Shown in pieces: positions 56,217 to 64,000 of a stretch of DNA of 64,000 bases. The position numbers and the translations under genes were made by a program. Within the stretch, counting starts at the first letter, position 1, and every line of letters begins with the position of its first letter. This stretch comes from an uncultured Victivallales bacterium (GTDB taxonomy: Bacteria; Verrucomicrobiota; Kiritimatiellia; UBA8416; CAYSRM01), in NCBI GenBank assembly GCA_964433435.1, contig CAYSRM010000002.1:1292-65291 (forward strand). The letters are read 5' to 3'. A model generated the notes under the pieces. That model saw nothing but the letters and a program-made list of their open reading frames with translations, had not been told where the DNA came from and did not search any database.

Positions 56217-57473
56217 ATGACTTTGCATGATGAAATAGTCGGTTTTGGAAAAAGAGCCCTGGAAGCTTCTCGTGAATTAGTACTCCTGAATTCACGCAAA
56301 AAGAACACAATTCTCATGGCCATGGCTGATTGCCTCGATGACCGCCGCAATGAGATAAAAGAGGCCAATGCAAAAGACCTGGAGTCGGCCAGATCATCAG
56401 GGCTTTCTTCCGCCATGCTGGATCGTCTTACTCTTACAGATGCGCGGTTGAAAAACATGATCAAGGGAATCCGTGCTATTGCAGCATTAAAAGACCCCAT
56501 AGGCGCCAGGATCAGCCGATGGATCCGACCCAGCGGACTGGAGATAATCAAACGACGCGTTCCCATAGGTGTAATCGGTATCATTTACGAGTCACGCCCA
56601 AACGTTACTGCCGATACTGCCGTCCTCTGCTTTAAAACGGCAAATGCAGTTATACTTAGGGGCGGCAAGGAAGCCTTGAATTCCAACCGTGCAATTGCTG
56701 AAGCTCTGATCACCGGCGGCAAGAGCAAAGGTATGCCAAAGGATTCAATCCAGCTTATACATACCACCGACCGAGATGCAGTCAGAGAGCTGGTGCAGCT
56801 CGAAGGCCTTGTGGACCTTGTCATTCCGCGCGGCGGAGAAGCGCTGATAAAGACTGTTACTGAGCAGGCTCGTGTTCCTGTCATCAAACACTATAAGGGG
56901 GTTTGCCACACTTACATCGATGAATCAGCCGATTTTGACAAGGCCATAAATATAGTTGAAAATGCCAAATGCCAGCGTCCTGGCGTCTGTAACGCGATGG
57001 AGACATTACTGATTCATGAAAAAATCGCAGGAGAAATTCTGCCGCCAATTGCCAAGAGGCTGATTGAGCTTAATGTTGAGCTGCGGGGCGATGCGGTCGC
57101 AAGAAAGATAGTCCCTGACATTAAAGAAGCAAAAGAAGCCGACTGGTACGAGGAATATCTGGACCTGATACTGGCAGTCAAAGTTGTTCCCTCTGTTCAG
57201 ACAGCCGTAAAACATATCAACAAATACGGTTCTCACCACTCCGATGCGATCATTGCCGAAAACAAAAAGGTGCAGGATGTATTTCTCAAAGAAGTTGACT
57301 CGTCTACTGTATATCTTAACGCTTCAACCAGGTTCACCGATGGCGGGGAGTTCGGGATGGGAGCGGAAATTGGAATCAGCACCGATAAACTTCATGCCCG
57401 CGGCCCGATGGGACTGGAAGAACTTACCACCTACAAGTATATTATTGTGGGGCAAGGGCAGGTGAGAGAATAG
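56217..57473 (+). CDS. proA: gamma-glutamyl phosphate reductase
   Basis: Aldehyde-dehydrogenase fold with catalytic Cys region (…KGVCHTYID…GVCNAMETLL…). Immediately downstream of proB. Confidence 0.85.
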   Translation: MTLHDEIVGFGKRALEASRELVLLNSRKKNTILMAMADCLDDRRNEIKEANAKDLESARSSGLSSAMLDRLTLTDARLKNMIKGIRAIAALKDPIGARISRWIRPSGLEIIKRRVPIGVIGIIYESRPNVTADTAVLCFKTANAVILRGGKEALNSNRAIAEALITGGKSKGMPKDSIQLIHTTDRDAVRELVQLEGLVDLVIPRGGEALIKTVTEQARVPVIKHYKGVCHTYIDESADFDKAINIVENAKCQRPGVCNAMETLLIHEKIAGEILPPIAKRLIELNVELRGDAVARKIVPDIKEAKEADWYEEYLDLILAVKVVPSVQTAVKHINKYGSHHSDAIIAENKKVQDVFLKEVDSSTVYLNASTRFTDGGEFGMGAEIGISTDKLHARGPMGLEELTTYKYIIVGQGQVRE

Positions 57474-57483
57474 ACCAAAAGAT

Positions 57484-57565
57484 TTGCGCCCCCGCAGCAG
57501 CGCTCTCCACGCTCTTCCGCCGGATGGCGGACAGGCAGCTACGAAATTCTGTGAGATATACAGGG
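57484..57565 (+). repeat. MITE-family right-half copy
   Basis: …GCGCCCCCGCAGCAGCGCTCTCCACGCTCTTCCGCCGGATGGCGGACAGGCAGCTACGAAATTCTGTGAGATATACAGGG begins 11 bp after the proA stop. Confidence 0.6.
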
Positions 57566-57624
57566 CTAGCTACTCGTAAAAGCTTCGCATTATGGTGGCC
57601 GTGGGGATCCGGTTTTTGATGCCT

Positions 57625-58344
57625 CTACTTGTCTTCGGGGGCTATGTCTGCGTCTTCTTTCTCTATAACCACAGCATTGTCTTTTTCTTCTTCAACAGCA
57701 AGTGGCGCCACTTCCTCTATTACGAGGCTTGAAGGGGCAATCTTTTTTTCCGTTTGCTGTATAGTCGTTTCGTCTATAATGCTTTGGGTAGCGGGTTTCT
57801 TTTGTTGTGTGCCGGGTTTGCCGTATTTACCCCATCGCCTCAAATCTTCGTTCAAATCTTTCAGCTTCAGACCGTATTTCCCCGAGAGCCACCGCCACTC
57901 CGCCGCCGAAAAATTAAAGATCCTGTCCAGGCTATTTGCGAGCGTGACCATGTCCAGAGACTCGATTCTAACAACAGTGTCCGCCCACGAAGATTCATTG
58001 ATCAAGCTGGCAGGAATCTGCTTGTCGCTGCCTATAAGTACTACCATTGCGGCAACGTTGTCCTCAACAGCGCCTCCGCTGCGATACACCGACAGGTCTA
58101 CAGGATCCCACGCCCTCAATCTTCTGTTCCACTCGTAAAGAAGCGTCTCGCTGGTCGTTGTGTTGTCGTGGTAACTCATCAATTTAACGCTACGAAGCTT
58201 AGCAAGGTCGAAACCCAGCTTGACCAGAGTATAACGCGAAGGAACGATAACAACCTTTGACTCATCTGCAGCTTCCGATGCTTTGCCGGGAAGGCAGCAT
58301 AGCGAAATAATTGCGGTAATCGTCAAAGCTATTCTAGAAAACAT
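57625..58344 (-). CDS. hypothetical secreted protein
   Basis: Start MFSRIALTITAIISLCCLPGKASEA (signal peptide, ATG 58344). Acidic, Glu-rich C-terminus. No motif recognised. Confidence 0.4.
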   Translation of the reverse strand: MFSRIALTITAIISLCCLPGKASEAADESKVVIVPSRYTLVKLGFDLAKLRSVKLMSYHDNTTTSETLLYEWNRRLRAWDPVDLSVYRSGGAVEDNVAAMVVLIGSDKQIPASLINESSWADTVVRIESLDMVTLANSLDRIFNFSAAEWRWLSGKYGLKLKDLNEDLRRWGKYGKPGTQQKKPATQSIIDETTIQQTEKKIAPSSLVIEEVAPLAVEEEKDNAVVIEKEDADIAPEDK

Positions 58345-58402
58345 AATACACCCCCGTATGCTGTGTGTCCCGATTGTCTTTCCAGGCAAAGTCTTTGTCA
58401 AT

Positions 58403-59629
58403 CTATTTCCCACGGACTTTGCGGAAAGATTCGGTCAAGGCAGGCAGCACTTCAAACAGATCGCCGACTATTCCATAGGTTGCTATGTCAAAGATCGGAG
58501 CATCGCGATCTTTGTTAATTGCCACAATGATATCAGAAGAAGACATTCCGGCGAGGTGTTGAATCTGGCCACTGATACCACAGGCGAAATATATCTTTGG
58601 GCAAACTGTTTTGCCGGTTTGTCCAACCTGGTGCGAATACGCTATCCATCCGGCATCTACTACAGCTCTGGATGCGCCGACACCTGCGCCAAGCATTTCA
58701 GCCAGTTTACGCACCAGCACGAAATTTTCCGGTTTCTGAAGGCCGCGTCCGCCCGAAACAATGATGTCAGCCTCGCTGATATTGGCAGTGGTTTCAACTT
58801 CAGGCACAAACTTCAATCGTTTCGCCTTGCTTTCCAGCAGCGCTTTTTCCACATCAAGAAGATTCGTCTCTCCCGTGCGCGATGCATCAGGCTCGGCCTC
58901 TTTCATGACTTTGTGCCTCACAGTAGCCATTTGCGGGCGGTTATTTGGACAGACAATGGTAGCCATTATGTTTCCACCGAATGCGGGCCGGGTCTGAAGA
59001 AGATTACCTTCTTCAGGGTCAATGGCAAGTCCGGTGCAGTCTGCTGTAAGCCCGGCGTCTACAGATACAGCTACCCTGGAAACAAGGCTTCGCCCTACCG
59101 TGGTAGCCCCGGATAGAAAAATAGACGGTTTGTGCTTTCTGACGAGGTCGATCAGAACCTTGGAATAAATCTCATCCTGAAAGTATTCAAGTTCAGGCTT
59201 GTCTACGACATACACGACTTCCGCACCACGCTTAATTAGCTCGGAAGCCTTGTCTTCAATGCCCGAACCAAGCAATACCGCGCAAAGGCGCTGTTGGGAA
59301 TCAGAGGCCAGCTTCCGACCAATCCCAAGGAGTTCATAAGCTGTAGACTGGATCTCGCCGTCGAACTGCTCGGCAAACACCCATACATCTTTGTATTCCG
59401 AAAGATCCGTTGCACCGGCTGTCTTTTCCACCATCTCGATGGCATCAAATTTACAGGCTTCAATGCAGGCGCCGCAAAGTGTGCACCTGGTCAGATCAAT
59501 CCTGGCAACCTTCGAGGAATCCTTGCTTTCGTTTTCGACCATATCTATTGCATTAAATGCACAGGCCTTGACGCACAAGCTACAGCCCACACAGTTCTTT
59601 TCTATTACAGAAATTGGTTCTTTGCTCAC
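58403..59629 (-). CDS. etfA: electron-transfer flavoprotein alpha subunit with N-terminal 2x[4Fe-4S] ferredoxin domain (FixB/CarE-like)
   Basis: N-terminus CVGCSLCVKAC…CTLCGACIEAC, then the EtfA FAD-binding domain (…PKIYFACGISGQIQHLAGM…). GTG start 59629 with GAGGAG RBS overlapping the etfB stop. Confidence 0.75.
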   Translation of the reverse strand: MSKEPISVIEKNCVGCSLCVKACAFNAIDMVENESKDSSKVARIDLTRCTLCGACIEACKFDAIEMVEKTAGATDLSEYKDVWVFAEQFDGEIQSTAYELLGIGRKLASDSQQRLCAVLLGSGIEDKASELIKRGAEVVYVVDKPELEYFQDEIYSKVLIDLVRKHKPSIFLSGATTVGRSLVSRVAVSVDAGLTADCTGLAIDPEEGNLLQTRPAFGGNIMATIVCPNNRPQMATVRHKVMKEAEPDASRTGETNLLDVEKALLESKAKRLKFVPEVETTANISEADIIVSGGRGLQKPENFVLVRKLAEMLGAGVGASRAVVDAGWIAYSHQVGQTGKTVCPKIYFACGISGQIQHLAGMSSSDIIVAINKDRDAPIFDIATYGIVGDLFEVLPALTESFRKVRGK

Positions 59630-59638
59630 AGTTACTCC

Positions 59639-60433
59639 TCAGGAAGCATTTTCAATTACAACATCTTTGAGTTTTTCAACAAGCTGCGGAATAGTTTCGG
59701 ATGTTTCGCCTTCGAAAATCTCTCCGCCGCCGCGGGGAGGTGGAGAAAAAACCTTCACAACCTTGGTGGGCGATCCTTCCAGGCCCAGTTTGGAAGACTC
59801 AGCCTCGATATCAGCCGCTCCCCAGGTTGGAATCTCCGCCTTTCTGGCCGCCATCTTACCTTTCAGGGAGGGCAGGCGCGGTTCATTAATTTCCTTCACA
59901 ACTGTCAACAGACACGGAAGAGGCGCCTTGATTACTTCGTACCCGCCTTCAAGAAGACGTTCGGCTGTTATTTCGGTCTCGCTTACTTCCTCTATTTTCC
60001 GTGTATAAGTGATCTGGGGCATCTCCAGGTGTGTTGCAATGCCCGGTCCCACCTGAGCGGTGTCTCCGTCAGAAGCCTGTTTCCCGCAAAGGATAATATC
60101 TGCATCTCCGACCTTCCTGATGGCCATTGCCATTGTATAGCTAGTAGCCCAGGTGTCGCTTCCTGCGAATGCACGGTCGGAAATAAGTATGGCTTCGTCT
60201 ACCCCCATGGAAATAGCCTCGCGCAAAGCCTTTTCCGCCTGAGGAGGGCCCATGCTGAGGGCAGTCACCTTTGCGCCAAGCTTTTCCTTAAGGCGCAAAG
60301 CTTCCTCTATGGCGTAAGTGTCAAATGGATTGACAATCGATTCAACACCTTCGCGCATGAGCGTATTTGTCTCCGGGTTGATCTTGACATCTGTTGTTTC
60401 CGGAACCTGTTTAATACACACAACAATATGCAT
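59639..60433 (-). CDS. etfB: electron-transfer flavoprotein beta subunit
   Basis: MHIVVCIKQVPETTDVKINPETNTL… is a typical EtfB N-terminus. Immediately upstream of etfA. Confidence 0.8.
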   Translation of the reverse strand: MHIVVCIKQVPETTDVKINPETNTLMREGVESIVNPFDTYAIEEALRLKEKLGAKVTALSMGPPQAEKALREAISMGVDEAILISDRAFAGSDTWATSYTMAMAIRKVGDADIILCGKQASDGDTAQVGPGIATHLEMPQITYTRKIEEVSETEITAERLLEGGYEVIKAPLPCLLTVVKEINEPRLPSLKGKMAARKAEIPTWGAADIEAESSKLGLEGSPTKVVKVFSPPPRGGGEIFEGETSETIPQLVEKLKDVVIENAS

Positions 60434-60553
60434 AGGTACGCACCTTTCAAACGTTTCCTGACAAATAAACTCGAAGATTATAACAAGGTCTTAACCTTTT
60501 CAAGCCAGAACAGTAAAATGACAGGATCCCCCAGTTTGTCTCGACGGCCTGCA

Positions 60554-60570
60554 ACCTTGCATATTGCAAG
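60554..60570. promoter_or_regulatory. perfect palindrome CCTTGCA-TAT-TGCAAGG, candidate operator about 120 bp upstream of etfB
   Basis: 17-bp dyad (7+3+7) in the 445-bp intergenic region that is shared with the divergent nifX-like gene. Confidence 0.3.
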
Positions 60571-60717
60571 GGAATTCCCAGCGTTTTGATTTGTCCGTTT
60601 CTGGTTAGAATGTTGCCAGTTAGGAGCTTATAAAGATAAAGTCTTTCTGGCATGGTATATGCTTAACAACTGTTTGACAGAAAAGTGAAGAATCTGCGCA
60701 AATTCTTGTTTTAAGGC

Positions 60718-60791
60718 GCATATCTCACAGGTTTTCTGTTGCGAGCGGGGATGGCAGACAGGCAGTTACGAAATTCTGTGAGATATGCGGG
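60718..60791 (+). repeat. MITE-family compact copy (74 bp; both TIRs retained, core deleted)
   Basis: CGCATATCTCACAG…GCAGTTACGAAATTCTGTGAGATATGCGGG. Lies 88 bp upstream of the nifX-like gene. Confidence 0.65.
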
Positions 60792-60878
60792 TTAAGGAAG
60801 TTTTGTGTGAGTTCTGAGTTGGGAAAAATAACTTCTGTCAACTTTTGACAGAACCCATCTGAAATAAAGGAGGGAAAG

Positions 60879-61247
60879 ATGAAAGTAGCTGTAACATCCA
60901 AAGGACAAACTCTTGATGACCAGATCGAAACCCGATTCGGAAGAAGTCCTTATTTTCTGGTCGTTGATATTGACTCAATGAGTTCGGAAGCGATAAAAAA
61001 CCCGAACACCACAGCAGGAGGCGGAGCAGGAATCCAATCTGCGCAACTGATGACCGAACACAATGTAGAGGTGGTTCTGACGGGCAATTGCGGACCCAAT
61101 GCATTTCGAACCCTGGAGGCAGCAGGTGTCAAATTGATCACAGGCGTAAGCGGTACCGTACGGGAAGCCGCACAGAAATTCAAGAACGGCGAACTATCGA
61201 ACGCATCCGGTCCGAATGTGCAGAACCATTCCGGAATGCAAGGCTGA
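60879..61247 (+). CDS. NifX/NifB-family dinitrogenase FeMo-cofactor-binding-domain protein
   Basis: 122 aa. MKVAVTSKG…FGRSPYFLVVD…GAG… matches PF02579 proteins. GGAGGGAAAG RBS. Confidence 0.65.
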   Translation: MKVAVTSKGQTLDDQIETRFGRSPYFLVVDIDSMSSEAIKNPNTTAGGGAGIQSAQLMTEHNVEVVLTGNCGPNAFRTLEAAGVKLITGVSGTVREAAQKFKNGELSNASGPNVQNHSGMQG

Positions 61248-61534
61248 CCCGACTTCGCCCAGGTGGATTCGTCGGGCTTGCGGTGTGACAAGTCGGCGGG
61301 CGCGGCAGTATTGACACGACTGCACAGCATTGCAACATACCGACTTGCAAACCGGGCAGTGTTGTGAAATGCGAGAGGGACGCCGCAAGCAAGCATTTGC
61401 AATAATGACTCCATCTGTCTGCCAGGGCGCAACTTACCGTACATCAAGGCTGTTGGCACACTGTATGCATGTCTATCTTAGGACAACAATAAAATCATGG
61501 GGCTGATGCCCCTGACAAAAAAAGGAGGTGCAAT

Positions 61535-61852
61535 ATGCCACGTGGAGATGGAACAGGTCCAGCAGGAATGGGTGCGATGACAGGTCGCACAGCAGGATAC
61601 TGTGCAGGGTATAACACTCCCGGTTTTGCCAATCCAATTCCGGGAAGAGGATTCGGACGCGGCTTCAGACGCGGACGTGGCTGGGGCGGTAACTGGTATG
61701 CAGCGCCAGCATCCGCTGTGCCTTATCCTTCAGCCTATCCTCAGCCTACAGCTCAGCAGGAAGCTGACACGTTGAAAAACGAGGCAGAATACCTGAAAGG
61801 CACACTGGAGAATATTAACAAACGCATCAGTGAACTGGAAAAAGATAATTGA
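61535..61852 (+). CDS. DUF5320-family protein (Gly-rich N-terminus, coiled-coil C-terminus)
   Basis: MPRGDGTGPAGMGAMTGRTAGYCAGY… is the hallmark DUF5320 N-terminus. AAAGGAGGTG RBS. Confidence 0.6.
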   Translation: MPRGDGTGPAGMGAMTGRTAGYCAGYNTPGFANPIPGRGFGRGFRRGRGWGGNWYAAPASAVPYPSAYPQPTAQQEADTLKNEAEYLKGTLENINKRISELEKDN

Positions 61853-61869
61853 GATGCGTTGAACACCGG

Positions 61870-61904
61870 CAGGAAAGGAAAGGGTCCAGTCCCTTCCTTT
61901 CCTG
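61870..61904 (+). terminator. stem-loop 18 nt after the DUF5320 stop (15/14-bp stem, no clear U-tract)
   Basis: CAGGAAAGGAAAGGG-TCCAGT-CCCTTCCTTTCCTG. Confidence 0.35.
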
Positions 61905-62203
61905 TGCTAAACCACTCGCCAGAAAAAACAGCCTGTCATAATCACTATGACAAGCAGACAAAAGATATCGGTCCCATGCTTTCCGAGACGTACAGGGTTG
62001 GTTCGGGAATTTGTCCTGAACAATTCCATTTGATTCAGCAGCGAATAACGCTTTAATGTCGGGCATGAAAGTGATCGAGTACAGAAAAGTGCCAGCCGGA
62101 GAAATAACGCTTGAAGTATAGCGAAATCTTTATGGTTTGCTATGGTAACGAAAATGGAGGGACGCGCTCCCGCTCGTCCGTATAACAAAAGGAGAACAAA
62201 CAC

Positions 62204-62581
62204 ATGAAAAACGCCAAAGAGATTCTTAAAGCCGCATGGGAAAAGAAAGAAGGACCAGGCATTCTTACAACTGTGGACGGGAATGGCATGCCGAATTCAA
62301 TCTATGTGGGTGAGATCAGATATGAACCGGATGTTGGAATCATTGTTGTTGATAATTACTTCTGTAAAACACGGGAAAATATAAAAAATGGAAGCCTCGG
62401 GTCCTTTCTCTTCCTGACTGAAGAGCGCAAAGCCTACCAGGTAAAAGGGTCACTAGATTATTTGACCGAAGGCCCGGTCTTCGATTCAATGAAACAGTGG
62501 CACAACGATAAGCACCCCGGCGTTGCTGCAACCGTTATCAAGGTAGCAGAACTTTATTCAGGAGCGGAGAAGCTGGGCTGA
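62204..62581 (+). CDS. pyridoxamine 5'-phosphate oxidase-like FMN-binding split-barrel protein
   Basis: 125 aa. …GILTTVDGNGMPNSIY… pattern. AAAAGGAGAAC RBS. Confidence 0.55.
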   Translation: MKNAKEILKAAWEKKEGPGILTTVDGNGMPNSIYVGEIRYEPDVGIIVVDNYFCKTRENIKNGSLGSFLFLTEERKAYQVKGSLDYLTEGPVFDSMKQWHNDKHPGVAATVIKVAELYSGAEKLG

Positions 62582-62588
62582 GCCGGTA

Positions 62589-63389
62589 ATGACAAGCCAG
62601 GAATTTACGGAAATCAAGGAGCGCTTTGCGGGTTATATAGACGGCTTCAGGTCCGAAAACGGCATCCTTGAACCGATGCTGCAACTGAAACTCGAACACT
62701 GTGAGAAAGTGGAGAAAGAAGCCCTGGAGTTGAGCACTGATTTAGGGTGGTCATCATCTGATCAATGTCTTGCTGGAGTTCTGGGCTTGGTACACGACAT
62801 AGGCAGGTTTTCTCAGTTTACCGATTTCAGAACTTTTTCGGATGCTGCATCTGTTGACCATGGCAAGCGAGGAAGGGAGATTGCCTCGCACATTGATCTT
62901 TTCTCCGGACTGGGTAACATGGAACAAGCCGTGTTGCTCGATGGTATAGCCTTTCATAATGTAAGGGAAATCCCTGATGGCTTGCCGGTCAGGAGCCTTC
63001 TTTTTGTTTCCATGATCCGTGATTGCGATAAGCTGGATATCTATCGAATTGTTCTTGCTTCCGTGAAAAAGGATGGATTCAAGGATCTCCCGAACATGCT
63101 GCCAGAAGTAAAGCTTGATAGAACCGTGTGCGGCGAAATGGTCGGGGAATTCCGCCAGGGCAAAAGCTGCAATCTCTCCGCGGTGAAAACTCTTGGAGAT
63201 TTTTTGTTAATGCAATTATCCTGGATGTATGACTTCAGTTACAAGCCGACTTTAAAAAAGGTTGTTGATCGTGGCATTCTTAATGACCTGCTCGCCAATA
63301 TAGAGTTTTCCGGCCCGGGTCAAAATGTGCAGTCGGAAACGCTGCAATTCATCTCGAACACCCTGAACTCTCAAACGGAAAAGACCTGA
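62589..63389 (+). CDS. HD-domain phosphohydrolase
   Basis: …GLVHDIGRF… (H…HD metal-binding motif) and a downstream D (…RDCDKLD…). Follows the previous gene after a 7-nt gap. Confidence 0.6.
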   Translation: MTSQEFTEIKERFAGYIDGFRSENGILEPMLQLKLEHCEKVEKEALELSTDLGWSSSDQCLAGVLGLVHDIGRFSQFTDFRTFSDAASVDHGKRGREIASHIDLFSGLGNMEQAVLLDGIAFHNVREIPDGLPVRSLLFVSMIRDCDKLDIYRIVLASVKKDGFKDLPNMLPEVKLDRTVCGEMVGEFRQGKSCNLSAVKTLGDFLLMQLSWMYDFSYKPTLKKVVDRGILNDLLANIEFSGPGQNVQSETLQFISNTLNSQTEKT

Positions 63390-63506
63390 AGTGCGAACTG
63401 ACACTACCGCCTTGCGCAGCAGGATATGGCGCTTCGCAGCCGCTGCGAATCTTCCCTTCAGTAAAAACGGGCTCCATATGTTGACAATGATCAATCATCT
63501 TCTTTC

Positions 63507-64000
63507 TCAGTCGTTTTCCAGCTTCCTTAATACAAGAAGCAACAACCCGAGCAGACCCAGGATTATCAGAAAATACCAGCGGTAAACATCAAGTCTATCC
63601 AGATTGAAACCGGACAGAAAGCCCAGGAGTCCTCCGCCTACCACCGAACCGCCCAACCCGGCCGCGGTTCCGGACGCTATACGCATAATTAAAGCATTGC
63701 CTACTCGTTCCACAGGGGAAATTGTTTCAAGAAAATATTTGTTTATCCCTATTATACTGCCCATTTTGCAAAAACCGGCAACAAAAAAAACAATCCCTAT
63801 AGCTACCGGTATATAAACCGCCGGAGCCAGACTCCAGAAAAGAGCCACGGCCATCAATCCTATACAATACATGATGAGCAGTGTCCGCGCTTGAAAGCGG
63901 TCGGATATCTTTCGGTTAACATAACCGGAAATCACCCCGCCCAGGATAAGTATAAGAGCGAATCCCAAGGCGGCAAAATCGGATACATCATAACCGTTTT
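63507..64000 (-). CDS. MFS-type transporter (C-terminal part; N-terminus beyond window end)
   Basis: Hydrophobic TM helices (…LILILGGVISGY…, …IGLMAVALFWSLAPAVYIPVAIGIVFFVAGF…). The minus-strand reading frame stays open to position 64000, so the N-terminal part of the gene is outside the window. Confidence 0.55.
   Translation of the reverse strand, partial: NGYDVSDFAALGFALILILGGVISGYVNRKISDRFQARTLLIMYCIGLMAVALFWSLAPAVYIPVAIGIVFFVAGFCKMGSIIGINKYFLETISPVERVGNALIMRIASGTAAGLGGSVVGGGLLGFLSGFNLDRLDVYRWYFLIILGLLGLLLLVLRKLEND

Noticed and set aside
1-64000. Search for tRNA, rRNA and CRISPR arrays
   Set aside because: No GTTCGAATC-type T-arm contexts with cloverleaf partners were found in intergenic gaps, and there are no rRNA-sized non-coding stretches. 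The dispersed repeats are irregularly spaced and differ in length, so they are not a CRISPR array.

Overview
This 64-kb bacterial chromosomal window is gene-dense, with about 55 protein-coding genes and no rRNA, tRNA or CRISPR array that I could recognise by eye. Envelope genes (BamD-like and LptE-like lipoproteins, an ECF sigma/anti-sigma pair, a tail-specific protease) point to a Gram-negative organism. Three sulfatases and several glycoside hydrolase/phosphorylase genes (GH130, GH94-like, GH63/100-like), plus a ferredoxin-fused EtfAB with NifX-like and DUF5320 genes, suggest an anaerobic, polysaccharide-degrading lifestyle of the kind seen in the PVC superphylum; taxonomy cannot be settled from this sequence alone. 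Housekeeping genes present: serA, rpsT, hup, dapF, xthA, proBA, pdxA, addAB-like and etfAB. The most striking feature that ordinary annotation would not explain is a family of MITE-like palindromic repeats of about 75-197 bp. They have terminal inverted repeats CCCGCATATCTCACAGAATT / AATTCTGTGAGATATGCGGG and occur at 8 or more intergenic loci as full, internally deleted, half and solo-end forms. One copy sits directly against the 5' end of a polysaccharide-lyase-like gene. Three further items stand out. A tightly overlapping minus-strand operon (creatininase-family amidohydrolase, Gfo/Idh/MocA oxidoreductase, a domain-permuted fused dihydropyrimidine-dehydrogenase-like flavo-FeS enzyme, and an Ldh_2 dehydrogenase) looks like an undescribed reductive N-heterocycle catabolic module. 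A block at about 9.4-23.6 kb looks higher in GC by eye and carries two giant HEAT-repeat proteins, then a GH94-like gene, a URO-D-like gene and a tandem-duplicated nucleoside-hydrolase-like gene in a translationally coupled operon. A degraded IS remnant lies next to a low-GC islet encoding small orphan proteins, one of them extremely Lys/Arg-rich, and a secreted serpin. All calls rest on reading six-frame translations and motifs by eye; no database search or composition calculation was run.
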